A DNA stretch of 64,000 nt. It comes from Macrostomum lignano (Eukaryota). Under the pieces are notes generated by a model. It was not told the origin of the DNA and searched no databases. It worked only from the letters and a program-made list of their open reading frames with translations. The translations under genes were made by a program, and so were the position numbers. Position 1 is the first letter of the stretch. Every line of letters begins with the position of its first letter. Where the stretch lies: assembly GCA_002269645.1 (NCBI GenBank), contig NIVC01003377.1, positions 36,999 to 100,998 on the forward strand. Reading direction: 5' to 3'. Of this stretch, positions 1 to 12,499 are shown in pieces.

Positions 1-1
1 C

Positions 2-3000
2 GACACGGCCATCGCCGACATCGTCTGGAGCCCCAGCGACGAGTCCAAGCTGGCCTGGGGCTCCACCAACAACAAGGTGTTCGTGCTGGACATCAACAAG
101 GAGAAGTACAGGATGTTCCAGTGCCACAGCCGCTCCGTCAACTGCGTGGTTTTTCACCCCAGCACGCCGCTGCTGCTCAGCAGCTCCAACGATGGCAGCG
201 TGTTCTGCTACGACCTGCGCAGCCCGGAGACCGAGGCCGTCGCCTGCGCCAACTTCAGCACAGGCGGCGACAATGCGGTTCGCTGCATCGACTTCTCCCG
301 CGTCAACGAGAACCTCTTCGCCACGGGGCAGGAGTCTGGCACCATTCAGGTTGGTTCAGGTCACCTGGCTTGCTTGTCTGTAGCTCTGTCTGTCATCTGG
401 CTGGGTTGTCTGTAGCTCTGTCTGTCACCTGGCTGGGTTCCGGGGTTGTCTGTAGCTCTATCTGTCATCTGGCTGGATTGTCTGTAGCTCTGTCTGTCAC
501 CTGGCTGGATTGTCTGTAGCTCTGTCTGTCACCTGGCTGGGTTGTCTGTAGCTCTATCTGTCATCTGGCTGGATTGTCTGTAGCTCTGTCTGTCATCTGG
601 CTGGATTGTCTGTAGCTCTGTCTGTCACCTGGCTGGGTTGTCTGTAGCTCTATCTGTCATCTGGCTGGATTGTCTGTAGCTCTGTCTGTCACCTGGCTGG
701 ATTGCCTGTAGCTCTGTCTGTCACCTGGCTGGGTTGTCTGTAGCTCTATCTGTCATCTGGCTGGATTGTCTGTAGCTCTGTCTGTCACCTGGCTGGATTG
801 CCTGTAGCTCTGTCTGTCACCTGGCTGGGTTGTCTGTAGCTCTATCTGTCATCTGGCTGGATTGTCTGTAGCTCTGTCTGTCATCTGGCTGGATTGTCTG
901 TAGCTCTGTCTGTCACCTGGCTGGGTTGTCTGTAGCTCTATCTGTCATCTGGCTGGATTGTCTGTAGCTCTATCTGTCATCTGGCTGGATTGTCTGTAGC
1001 TCTGTCTGTCATCTGGCTGGATTGTCTGTAGCTCTGTCTGTCACCTGGCTGGGTTGTCTGTAGCTCTATCTGTCATCTGGCTGGATTGTCTGTAGCTCTG
1101 TCTGTCACCTGGCTGGATTGCCTGTAGCTCTGTCTGTCACCTGGCTGGGTTGTCTGTAGCTCTATCTGTCATCTGGCTGGATTGTCTGTAGCTCGGTCTG
1201 TCACCTGGCTGGATTGTCTGTAGCTCGGTCTGTCACCTGGCTGGGTTGTCTGTAGCTCAGTCTGTCACCTGGCTGGATTGTCTGTAGCTCGGTCTGTCAT
1301 CTGGCTGGATTGTCTGTAGCTCGGTCTGTCACCTGGCTGGATTGTCTGTAGCTCGGTCTGTCACCTGGCTGGGTTGTCTGTAGCTCAGTCTGTCACCTGG
1401 CTGGATTGTCTGTAGCTCGGTCTGTCACCTGGCTGGATTGTCTGTAGCTCTGTCTGTCATCTGGCTGGATTGGCTCTCTTCTGGGCCTTCTCACTCCGCC
1501 TCCAAATAGCTCAGCCGACCCCCAACTGCAGGTGTGGGACATCCGCAACACGCAGAAGCCGGAGCGCAGCTTCCACGCTCAGCACAGCGTCATCACCTGC
1601 AGCTGGCACCCGAACAGCCAGTTCAACTGGCTGGCCACCGGCTGCCATCGGCAGAACACCATCGGCATCCTGGACTTCAGCAGCACCCACTTCACCGCCG
1701 TGCGGCACCTGGACACCATCCAGTGCATCTCGCCTGTGCTGAAGGTCCGCTGGCGTCCTGACTGCGACATGCACATCGCCTCCACAGCCAAGACCTGCGA
1801 CAAGAACATCTACGTGTGGGACCTCGCCAGCCACTACCTGCCCGACCGCATCTTCGAGGAGCACACGGGCGACATGGTCACCGGCTTCGACTGGGTCGGG
1901 CCCGACTGGCTTCTGTCCGTGGGCAAGGACGGTCGCATCATCCTGCACCACTACAGCGACGGCTACCGGCCCGCAGACTGGGTGAACCCCTGCTCCCTGG
2001 CCGTCAGCTGCCGCGGCTCCCTAGCAGCCTCGCAGAGCACCAAGAAGCTGCCAGCTGATCCCAATGTGCTGTCCGTGCAGCTGATGCAGCTGCAGACTCA
2101 GCCGCCGCCCCCGCAGCAGCAGCAGCCGGCGCTTGGCCGCAACTTCAGCCTGACCAACGCTGTCGGCGTCTCGGGTGCCGGTGCCAGGCACCGAGGCAGC
2201 GCCGCCAGCGCCTCTTCCGCCGTCACGGCCACCATTGTGCAGTGGAACCGGACCTCCACGCCTGGTGAGCTGGGAGATGAAGGCTGAAACGTCCCGGCTG
2301 AAACTTGCTGATTTGAAAACTAGGTTTTGTGAATCTAGGTCATTTATGAATAGTAGAATCGCCACTGACCAGTTCTCTAGAATCGCCTCTGACCAGTCAT
2401 CTAGAATCGCCCCTGACCAGTTCTCTAGAATCGCCTCTGACCAGTCATCTAGAATCGCCTCTGACCAGTTCTCTAGAATCGCCCCTGGCCAGTCCCCTAG
2501 AATCGCCCCTGACCAGTTCTCTAGAATCGCCCCTGATTAGTTCTCTAGAATCGCCCCTGACCAGTTCTCTAGAATCGCCCCTGACCAGTCCTAGAATCGT
2601 CCCTGGCCAGTCCCCTAGAATCGCCCCTGGCCAGTCCCCTAGAATCGTCCCTAGCCAGTCCCCTAGAATCGCCCCTGACCAGTTCTCTAAAATCGCCCCT
2701 GACCTGTTCTCTAGAATCGCCCCTGACCAGTTCTCTAGAATCGGCCCTGACCAGTCCTAGAATCGCCCCTGGCCAGTCCCCTAGAATCGCCCCTGGCCAG
2801 TCCCTAGAATCGCCCCTGACCGGCCATTACGAACCGCTAACTCGAATTCAATCCGAATCCCAGGCGAATACAACCTGGTCGAGTACAGGTGTCCGAGCCA
2901 GAAGCTGCCCCTCGGTACGGACAGTTTCGTCCACCTGGCCAAGCACTACCGGCTGTCCGGCGCCTCCCTCTCGGAAGTTTGCGCGCACAACTTTCAGCTG

Positions 3001-4287
3001 GCCGCCGGCCTCGGCCTGGACAGCGCCGCCTGTCTCTGGCAGCTGGTGCTCTGCGCGTTCGGCGTCGAAGAGGAGGCCTTGGCCGCCGCTTCCGCTGCCA
3101 ACGCGGCCTCAGCAGCCGAGGCGTCGGCCAGCCTCAACTTGCCGGAGCATCAGCTCGTAGCTGATGAGCTCGCTGGCGGTGGCGGCATCAACTCCGCCTC
3201 GATGTCCGTGACCTCGGCGTCGGCATCTGCGCCGGCCAACATGCCGAACTCCGAGTCGGTGTCCGCCCTCCTGTCGCTCGACGACGTCGATGCTGACCGT
3301 CGCCTTGGCCTTGGCGGCAGCGCTGGTGGCGGCGGCGGCAGCAGCAGCGGCGGCTTTGCCTTTATTGACGCCGGCCTGCAATCGGACAGCGCCACCCTCG
3401 ACGACGACTTCGACGGAGGCGGCGCCGGGGCCGGCGTTGGCGGCGACACGGACGTCGGCGAGTTGGACGCCGCTTCGGCTGGCGGCTTTGGCGACGCGAG
3501 CTCCAAGGAGCCGAACGACTACCTGTTCAGCGACGGCGAGCCCGCCACCGCGGACGAGGAGTTCTTCGCCGACGGGACCGGAACCGGCGCCGCGCCGCTG
3601 GAGCAGAGCCAGCTGCCGCTGCAGGGCCTGTGGCAGCAGAAGCCGCAGCAGGCTCAGCAGCATCGCAAGCGTCGGCAGCAGCGGTCGGGCAGCTGGCAGC
3701 TGCTGCAGCAACAGCAGCAGCAACAGCAGCAGCAGCCGCCGCAGCACCAGCAGGAGTTTTTGCCGTCGGATCTGCCGCCACTGACCGCCAAGCTGGAGGC
3801 CGACCTCAGCGGCATGGTGACGGACGCGATGTACGAGCTGGTGAACTGTGGCCACGTGCAAACTGTCGCCACGGCCTGCGTGCTGCTCGGGGACCGGCTG
3901 CGGGACAAGCTGGACGAGTCCGTGGCCGAGACCTGGATGCTGAGCTACATCGACCTGCTGCACTCGCACCAGCTGTTTGTGGAGAGCGCAGCTCTGATCG
4001 GCGCCTGCGGCTTCCTGCCCAACGTGGCCCTGCTGAACCAGCAGAGCACCTCCATCAGCCTGATCTGCGCCGCCTGCAACTATCCCAGCAAGCAGGGATT
4101 CACCTGCGCCAGGAGCCTCTGCAAGCAGCGCCCTCTGCTGTGCGTCATCTGTCATCGGACTGTGCGCGGTCTCTACCTGTGGTCCCGCGCCTGCCAGCAC
4201 GGCGGCCACTTTGACCACCTCATGGACTGGTACTCCAAGAATTCCGTGTGCCCAGAGTGCGGCGCCAGTGTGGATTTCGGCATCTGA
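2..4287 (+). CDS. WDR24: GATOR2 complex subunit WDR24 (Sea2), 5'-partial; exons <2-349, 1532-2264, 2864-4287
   Basis: WD40 repeats (HSRSVNCVVFHP...SSSNDG...YDLR; GTIQ|VWDIR; WHPNSQFNWLATG), the segment FVHLAKHYRLSGASLSEVCAHN, and a C-terminal ZnF/RING (CVICHRTVRGLYLWSRACQHGGHFDHLMDW...CPEC) match WDR24. Introns 350-1531 (phase 0) and 2265-2863 (phase 1, CTAAC branch motif) are GT-AG and keep the frame. Confidence 0.92.
361..1470. repeat. 32-bp minisatellite filling WDR24 intron (TCTGTAGCTCTGTCTGTCACCTGGCTGGATTG)
   Basis: About 35 direct tandem copies visible. Confidence 0.97.
2354..2821. repeat. ~24-bp minisatellite in WDR24 intron (CTAGAATCGCCCCTGACCAGTTCT)
   Basis: About 19 tandem copies with small variants. 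Confidence 0.95.
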
Positions 4288-4948
4288 GCATAGCGATAGG
4301 TGTTAGCATAGCAGCATAGCAACGGCTGTCTAACAGAATCTGAGCATACTGAGCATAGCAACGGGAATCTAACAGCATCTGAGCATACTCAGCATAGCAA
4401 CGGGAATCTAACAGCATCTGAGCATACTCAGCATAGCAACGGGAATCTAACAGCATCTGAGCATACTCAGCATAGCAACGGGAATCTAACAGCATCTGAG
4501 CATACTCAGCATAGCAACGGGAATCTAACAGCATCTGAGCATACTCAGCATAGCAACGGGAATCTAACAGCATCTGAGCATACTCAGCATAGCAACGGGA
4601 ATCTAACAGCATCTGAGCATACTCAGCATAGCAACGGGAATCTAACAGCATCTGAGCATACTCAGTATAGCAACGGGAATCTAACAGCATCTGAGCATAC
4701 TGAGCATAGCAACGGGAATCTAACCGCATCTGAGCATACTGAGCATAGCAACAGGAATCTAACAGCATCTGAGCATACTGAGCATAGCAACAAGAATCTA
4801 ACAGCATCTGAGCATACTGAGCATAGCAACAAGAATCTAACAGCATCTGAGCATAGCAACAAGAATCTAACAGCATCTGAGCATAGCAACAAGAATCTAA
4901 CAGCATCTGAGCATAGCAACAAGAATCTAACAGCATCTGAGCATAGCA
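4281..4948. repeat. 39-bp/30-bp minisatellite starting at the WDR24 stop codon (TCTGAGCATACTCAGCATAGCAACGGGAATCTAACAGCA)
   Basis: Tandem copies; unit overlaps the final ATC-TGA of the CDS. Confidence 0.95.
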
Positions 4949-6249
4949 CAGGTGTCTAAAAGCGTCTCTGAGTCTTGCAGGGGGGGGGGGGGTGCGGTGT
5001 CTGGATTAGCTGTATCGTTCCTTCATATTCCTTTCCTGGGCGGCAGCTCTTGACATTGTTCTGGCGTATAAGATTATTGGGTATGGATAAAGCTCAGGTG
5101 TGTCCGAAGTCTTTCTGCTTCTTTCTGTCTATGCTAAATACAAGAGCAATAGCGTAATCTGATGCGTCATGTATAGCATAATATGTTAGAGGTTATATTA
5201 GAAATCTGCTCAATATTAGTTGATTTTTCATAATTTAAATGCCATGCTCTCTATGCTACTCGAGTAGTGAATTGTGAGAACGAGAAGATTTTTCAGATTG
5301 TGCACCTTAATACATTATTAATCAGCTTGCAATCAAGAACGAATACATTTATGGCTTTCTTAATGCGCGCCACAGTAATTTCTTTAATTCCTTCATTCTG
5401 TAAATTATATAGAAATTCGCTCATTGTGGATAAATATACCAGCCTTGACTAAAACTTCACGGAGTTTTTTCTCGTCTTTCTTTTTTTGCTTTTTTGGATA
5501 TTTATTTTAATGTACATAGTTTTTATGTCACTTAGTCTTGAGGGGAGTAACTTGGGACCGGATCGTCTTGCCGATATGTAGAGTAATCATCTTTTTATTC
5601 ACGATTCGACCGTTAAAAGCATTAAACGTGTTTCGTGTTTTTTGGTTTTTTCCGCAGCTAGTTTTTCGTGTCTTTTGTAATAGTTGGACAGTCTTTGCAT
5701 ACATCAATTAAATGTTTATTAGCTCGTATGCTATGCTCACTCCAAATTAGTTGTCTCAAATTCTTTACCTGTAAAAAACGGGCCAAGAATTACATATCCG
5801 AACGACCTACAGTGCTGACAGACAGTGCAAGGGCAAAATGGCTCACTCAGTCCAGTGCGTGGCCCGTGGCCGTGGGCGACGCCAGTGGGCTCATTCCTTT
5901 AGACGGGGATAGATAGAAAACGTCGCCCCAACGTTCCCCAAGCCTGCCCAGTGTACATTGGAGGAAAATGTACGTCGAACCGCACGGCCGCACGCACTCT
6001 GGGCTAAAAATAGATGCGTGGACGAAATTGCGTGTGTTCTATTTTTAGAAACACCACTAGCTGCTATATTGGCAAAGCATTTTCATTTCTTTCCTGCCTG
6101 ACCCTCTCGTTTTGTTGCAGCTCAAGAAGAACCCGGCTAACTTGCACAAATTAACTGGATCTAACCGAAAAGCAAAAGGCAATACAAAAGCAAGCAGTTC
6201 CGTATATTTGATACATACAAGACAGTGAAAAATTGCTTTGAAACAAGAA

Positions 6250-9200
6250 ATGGAGGCCCAGCCAAAGCCGAAACAGCCGCCAGTAAGTGGCGAAGAAGAT
6301 ATTGAAAAGCTAAGCCTGGTCGATATTGAAGCCGCCATGAGCATGTCTGTCACTGACGCTGTGTTCACTTCTGTGCTGTCCAGCTACCCAGTGGGAGCGC
6401 ATATTCAGTGCCGCTGTCAGGTGAGCTGCGCAGCTTCTATCTAGTGTACACATTATTTTAAATCCTTGCTGTTGGTTGCTTTTGAAGTTGGGGCGGAGTC
6501 ATACAGTGACTGCCAAATAGATTTTGTCAGGGAGGGTCATAGTGGCTGCTAAATAGATTTAGTCAGGGAGGGTCATACTGACTGCCAAATAGATTTTGTC
6601 AGGGAGGGTCATAGTGGCTGCTAAATAGATTTAGTCAGGGAGGGTCATAGTGGCTGCCAAATAGATTTAGTCAGGGAGGGTCATAGTGGCTGCCAAATAG
6701 ATTTAGTCAGGGAGGGTCATAGTGGCTGCCAAATAGATTTAGTCAGGGAGGGTCATAGTGACTGCCAAATAGATTTAGTCAGGGAGGGTCATAGTGGCTG
6801 CCAAATAGATTTAGTCAGGGAGGGTCATAGTGACTGCCAAATAGATTTAGTCAGGGAGGGTCATAGTGACTGCCAAATAGATTTAGTCAGGGAGGGTCAT
6901 AGTGGCTGCCAAATAGATTTAGTCAGGGAGGGTCATAGTGACTGCCAAATAGATTTAGTCAGGGAGGGTCATAGTGACTGCCAAATAGATTTAGTCAGGG
7001 AGGGTCATAGTGGCAAGCTCATAAAAACTTCATTGTGGTGCTGGCTGTCAGGCGTTGGTCATGCTCCAGATTTCCAATGGTCTCCTGTTCGAATCCCGCA
7101 GGTGAGCGACCCGGCCGACCTGTCCGAGGGCTGCTGGGTCGGCCTCTTCAAAGTCGGGTGGGCCAGCGCCGAGGCCGACTGTGTCTGCCGGGCCGAGTGC
7201 CGGCGCGAGTCCGAGCGGGTGCTGGCGGCCGTCTTCAGCCCCGGCCAGCTGCCCCGCGACACCCGCGAGTTCTACCAATTCTGCTTCGCCGCTCCCGGCG
7301 GCCTCGTCAAGGGCGCCAGCCCGCCATTCCTGTTCCGTGCCGCCCCCGCCGACGATTTTGTGTCCGTTGTGGATGAGGAGCTGCAGGGCGTGGTTGTGTC
7401 TGCCAGGTGCGACTCGTAAGGCCATGGCAACCCGTCCCTAACTCAGTATTGAAACCTCCCTACCTTTAACTCCGCTCTGCAACCCGCCCCCAACCCAGCT
7501 CTGCAACCCGCTCCCAACCCAGCTCTGCAACCCGCCCCCAACCCAGCTCTGCAACCCGCCCCCAACCCAGCTCTGCAACCCGCCCCCAACCCAGCTCTGC
7601 AACCCGCCCCCAACCCAGCTCTGCAACCCGCCCCCAACCCAGCTCTGCAACCCGCCCCCAACCCAGCTCTGCAACCCGCTCCCAACCCAGCTCTGCAACC
7701 CGCTCCCAACCCAGCTCTGCAACCCGCTCCCAACCCAGCTCTGCAACCCGCTCCCAACCCAGCTCTGCAACCCGCTCCCAACCCAGCTCTGCAACCCGCT
7801 CCCAACCCAGCTCTGCAACCCGCTCCCAACCCAGCTCTGCAACCCGCCCCCAACCCAGCTCTGCAACCCGCCCCCAACCCAGCTCTGCAACCCGCCCCCA
7901 ACACAGCTCTGCAACCCGCCCCCAACCCAGCTCTGCAACCCGCCCCAACCCAGCTCTGCAATCCGCCCCAACCCAGCTCTGCAATCCGCCCCAACCCAGC
8001 TCTGCAACCCGCTCCCAACCCAGCTCTGCAATCCGCCCCAACCCAGCTCTGCAACCCGCCCCAACCCAGCTCTGCAATCCGCCCCAACCCAGCTCTGCAA
8101 TCCGCCCCAACCCAGCTCTGCAACCCGCTCCCAACCCAGCTCTGCAATCCGCCCCAACCCAGCTCTGCAATCCGCCCCCACCCAGCTCTGCAACCCGCCC
8201 CAACCCAGCTCTGCAATCCGCCCCCAACCCAGCTCTGCAACCCGCCCCAACCCAGCTCTGCAATCCGCCCCAACCCAGCTCTGCAACCCGCCCCCAACCC
8301 AGCTCTGCAACTCAGCATTGCCGCTCCCATTCACCCCCCCCCCAGGACGGCCCAGCTGGAGGGCCAGCTGGCTTCGATGCGGCTGGAGCAGGAAGCGCAG
8401 CGCTCGGCAGCCGAGGACGCCGCCGAACGACTACGGGCCGAGCTGTCCGAACTGTCCGAGCGACTGTCCGCCGCGGAGTCTCGCGCCGCCAACTCCAAGT
8501 CCGAGTCGTGCCGACTGCGCGCCGAACTTGGGCGCCAGGATGAGTGGCGCCAGGTGCAGGCGGCGCGCCTAATCGAGGCGGAGGACGAGAAGCAGCGCCT
8601 ACTGCGCCGGCTGGAGGAGGTGGCGCGGGACGCCGAGACGGCCGGAGATCAGGCTGACGCGGCCCGCCAGTCGCTGGAGCTGCACGCGGCGGAGCGGCAG
8701 CGGTTGGCCGAGGAGCTGCAGGCCGCGCGGCTGGAGTCGGAGCGGCTGTCCGGCCAGCTGCAGGCGGTCAGCGGCCAGCTGGAGGCCGCCCAGCAGCGCG
8801 AGCGGCGGGTGGCCGACCAGCTGACTGAGGTGAGCGGGCGGGCTGGATATCCCAGTGTCCGAGATTAACATCTCACTTTCCGACTCTGAAATCTCACGGT
8901 CTGATTCTGACATCGCAATGTCCCCTGTTCCCGCAGACTCAGGCAGCTGCGGAGACGGCACAGTCGACTGCAGCCGCGCAGCTGGAAGCTCAGCGGGCCC
9001 AGCAGCAGCAGGAGCTCCAGCTGATGCAGGCCGAGCTGCAGCAGCGCCATGCGGCTGAGCAGCAGAAGCTGCAGCAGCAGCTGCAAGTGGCCGAGGCCCA
9101 GTCCGCTCAGCTGCTCGCCGAGCTGCAGCAGCTGCGCCAGCAGCGCCAGGCCTCTCCGGAGGAGCTGCAGGCCCAGCAGGCCCGCTACTGCAGCCTGCTG

Positions 9201-9948
9201 ACCGCCTACGAGGGCGTGAAGAAGCAGTTCCACTCCGCCGAGGACCGGGAGCGAATCGTGAAGCTCAAGTACGACGAGGTGATCGAGTGCAACAGACAGA
9301 TGCTGGCCCGAGAAGACCGCCTGCATCAGACCACTCAGGAGTTCAAGGACAGACTGCAGGAGGTAAGTCTGTGGACGCCGTCCTCCCAGATCCTCAGTCG
9401 CTGGGCCACCACCCTCCCAGATCCTCAGTGGCTGGGCCAGCCTTCCAGATCTTCAGTCGCTGGGCCATCGCCCTCCCAGATCCTCAGTGGCTGGACCAGC
9501 CTCCCAGATTCTCAGTTGCTGGGCCAGCCAGCCTCCCAGATCCTCAGTTGCTGGGCCACCACCCTCCCAGATCCCCAGTTGCTAAGCCACCACCCCAGAT
9601 CCCCAGATTAAAGCACAGCCGCCCCGCGCACCGCAGGGCTGCAAGGAGTACAAGCGGCTGATGAAGAAGTACAAGGAGGCTCAGCACCAGCTGCAGCGGC
9701 AGCAGCAGGCCGAGCCAGCCGAGGAGTTCCACGACGCGATCGGTGGCGACGACGAGACCGAGGAGGACGGCACCGGGACGGTCATCCACCGGCCGCCGCC
9801 AGTGGAGGTGCCGCTGACTGCCCTGACCGCCGCTGCCCCGGTTGCCGAGCTTGCCAGAGTGTGTCCGGTCTGCGATGTGACCGACTTCGCTAGCCAGACC
9901 GACTACGAGGAGCACGTGCACAGCCACTTTGGCGAGGCGGACGACTGA
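6250..9948 (+). CDS. TAX1BP1: TAX1BP1/CALCOCO2(NDP52)-like autophagy receptor (SKICH + coiled coil + UBZ), 568 aa; exons 6250-6420, 7102-7415, 8346-8829, 8937-9362, 9637-9948
   Basis: SKICH motifs VFTSVLSSYPVGAHIQC, WVGLFKVGW, EFYQFCFAAPGGLVKGASPPFLFR; long coiled coil; C-terminal UBZ CPVC...YEEHVHSHF. All four introns GT-AG with consistent phases (0,2,0,0); spliced length 1707 nt. Exact paralog within the CALCOCO family is uncertain. Confidence 0.85.
6495..7013. repeat. 36-bp minisatellite in TAX1BP1-like intron 1 (AGTGGCTGCCAAATAGATTTAGTCAGGGAGGGTCAT)
   Basis: About 14 tandem copies. Confidence 0.97.
7475..8316. repeat. 23-24-bp minisatellite in TAX1BP1-like intron 2 (AACCCAGCTCTGCAACCCGCCCCC)
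   Basis: About 35 tandem copies. Confidence 0.97.
9380..9608. repeat. Degenerate ~30-bp tandem repeat in TAX1BP1-like intron 4
   Basis: Recurring CCTCCCAGATCCTCAGT(C/T/G)GCTGGGCCA units. Confidence 0.85.
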
Positions 9949-11944
9949 CTATTTGTTGGGGACGGCTGACTGGTGATTTCATGTAAATACGCGCGTCCCA
10001 AATCCCTGAATTGAAAAAATAAGACAAAAGATTTTGCAGAGCGCAGATCGGCACATCTTTTTCCATCGTCACTTCTTTCGGTTTTTAAGCAATTTTTTGG
10101 TAAAATTCGCATACTAACTACTATTCAGTTTTATTTCAGTAGCTAATCGTGAGTATTTAACCCGTGATAAATATAATTTTATTTGTTTACTTAACTGTTT
10201 TATCATAGCAGCATGTTGACAAGATTACTGATTCAATCGGAAAACCTGCTTTAGTTTTTATGCACCAGCGGGGGTTTTCTTTTCGACCTCTGTCTTTTGT
10301 GTCACTGATTTGAATGTTGTAAAAATTGCCGATATGTATAGAAAGTAATATTTGTGATGGTAAGAATAACGAGTAAAAGTGTGTCCCTTTGGTTTATTTT
10401 TTTCGAGCTCTCCTTTCTGTTGTACAAATGCGTCATTATCCAGCTAACACACAGTTCCTGTGTATTTACGTAATAATTTTATTTCGTTTCGTTGATTTTT
10501 TGTATATTTGCAATTGCAACGCCTCTGTCGTCATTTCAATTTTCATTATAATTTTTTGATTGCTGCAACAAAAAAATATAAAATTTCAAACAAAAATTAT
10601 CGCATTTCCTCATTCTTAATCAAGACAAACAAGAGAATCGATTTCCCAGTTAAATATTACCAACCTACTAAACAGTCGCCCACATACAATTCCTGCCTAA
10701 ACACAATATTCTACTTTATTAATTTTCACCTCACTATTCTACTAACAGTAAAATTTATTACTGAAAAAGCTTGCGGCTAATTTGAGTATAACTCAAATAT
10801 TTCTGCAGATACTGTTTTATTTTTATAGTAATTAATAAAGAATAAAAACGAGTTCAGAATAATTCTGCTAAATAATGAAATATTTTCCTAGATTTCTTGT
10901 CGCCATGGCATAAGGAAAAACTTCGGATTTGATCCACTCGCCTCGCCTTTGTCATGTCATGTCATTTCTCGTGTGCTGGGAGTTTACTCCATAGGGTTTA
11001 TTTTACAGTTTTAGTATTAACGCATATAATAGATAGTACAGTATATTAAACTCTTGCTTCTTATGGATAATTTAAGGATAAATTTTAATCAGGTTTTAGA
11101 AGCTTTCACTTTAAAGTTAATAAAGAAAGTAGAAAAGTCTTTAAAAAGAACTTGAAAAAAAATTAAAAACCACTGTTGACAGGGCATTGTCATGTTTGAT
11201 TACCCTAAAAAGGGCCGTTTTTTACACTTACAGTTAATAAATCAGATTAAAAGCTTGCAATAAACTATTAATACAATTTTGCAACTGTAAAGCAACTGTG
11301 ATTAAAGAAAATCCACTATACTAAAATGTTCTACTACTGTTAACAAGGTAATCATGTTTGGTTGCCCCTGAAAGGGCCGTTTTACAATGTGGCTTTCCTT
11401 CAGTAAAGGCCTGGCCCTAGTGGTTATAAACATTTAGAAAAATTACACGTTTCTCCTTAAAAGGATAATACTTTCAGTGGCCTAATATGTGCAATTTCAA
11501 TTTTATTGAAGTGCCAGTAAGTAATTAACTTATTAGTTATTATAGCCATTAGTCATTTATGCACTTATGGTATGGTATGTTGAATCACAAATTATATCAG
11601 GTAAAGTACTCACATACAGTATTCAATTTTCACAAGTGAGAACACTTATAATTGGTCTAAACTTTATAAGAACTATACCGAGAACTGCTCAGTGCTCACC
11701 ATGATCGATGTGAGAAAGTCTAAATAAAATTGGGGCCCGAAAAGGGCCGTTTTACTCAAACTACATGTAGGCTTCCAAACAACTGTCGGTATGGAACTGC
11801 GAATTTTAATTTACGTTACTACGGTAGATATCGATTATTTGAATTAATTTAAGTTGAATTAAGTTGTCTGTCTTAATTATTTTTTAAGACGATTTTTTAA
11901 TCATAATTTTTTTTAAATTGCTAAGTGCTAATACTACGGCAAAT

Positions 11945-12145
11945 GTTATCAAGAGGAAATGGAAGGCGAAAGAAGGAAGAAGAATTAGACCGAAAGGGGA
12001 GGGAGGATGACCTAAAACTGAAAGAATACACCGGATGGACAATGGAGAGGCAAAGAAGAGCAGCGAAGGACAGATAGCGGTGGCGGAAGCTGGTGCATGA
12101 ATGCGTGCGCCCATGGGCACGGTTATGACGGCCAAGGTAAATAGA
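11945..12145 (+). mobile_element. 5'-truncated, degenerate RTE-clade LINE 3' fragment
   Basis: Translates with frameshift/stop to EMEGERR...EDDLK..EYTGWTMERQRRAAKDR*RWRKLV, matching the typical RTE ORF C-terminus (GRPRRRW.DD.K.W.G.T......A.DR..WR.LV). Confidence 0.6.
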
Positions 12146-12499
12146 ATGCTACGAGTAACGCACAACGAAGAAACATTAAAAACAAGGTGTCTGTAATACT
12201 GTAATTAAAACTGTCTAAGTCCAATTTTAGTTGACTCTTAAGATTTAGTATATACAAGCTGTTGAAACCCGCGGATTTTGAACCCGGGGAATTCCAATCC
12301 CCGGAACTATTTTTGCATGTATTCTGAAATCTAAGGCCATACACAAACAAAAACTTGTTAATAGTTAGTAGGATAGAGGTAGACATAAAATGGAGCACAT
12401 TCGTGTAAAATTAGGGTTTGAGACATTGTTGGCTGGGGTACTGCGCAGAATGTCAGGCAATGTCTGTCTGACTCTAAAACATATATTGCTAAACTCTGG

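Noticed and set aside
3109-4218. Long antisense ORFs over WDR24 and other GC-rich exons (e.g. 56542-57135)
   Set aside because: Shadow ORFs caused by high GC3 codon bias of the sense genes
4220-4936. 238-aa ORF (AQMLLDSRCY repeats)
   Set aside because: Antisense translation of the 39-bp array
7438-8334. Long ORFs of 265-298 aa (GLQSWVG / AELGW repeats)
   Set aside because: Stop-free translations of an intronic minisatellite on the strand opposite the gene
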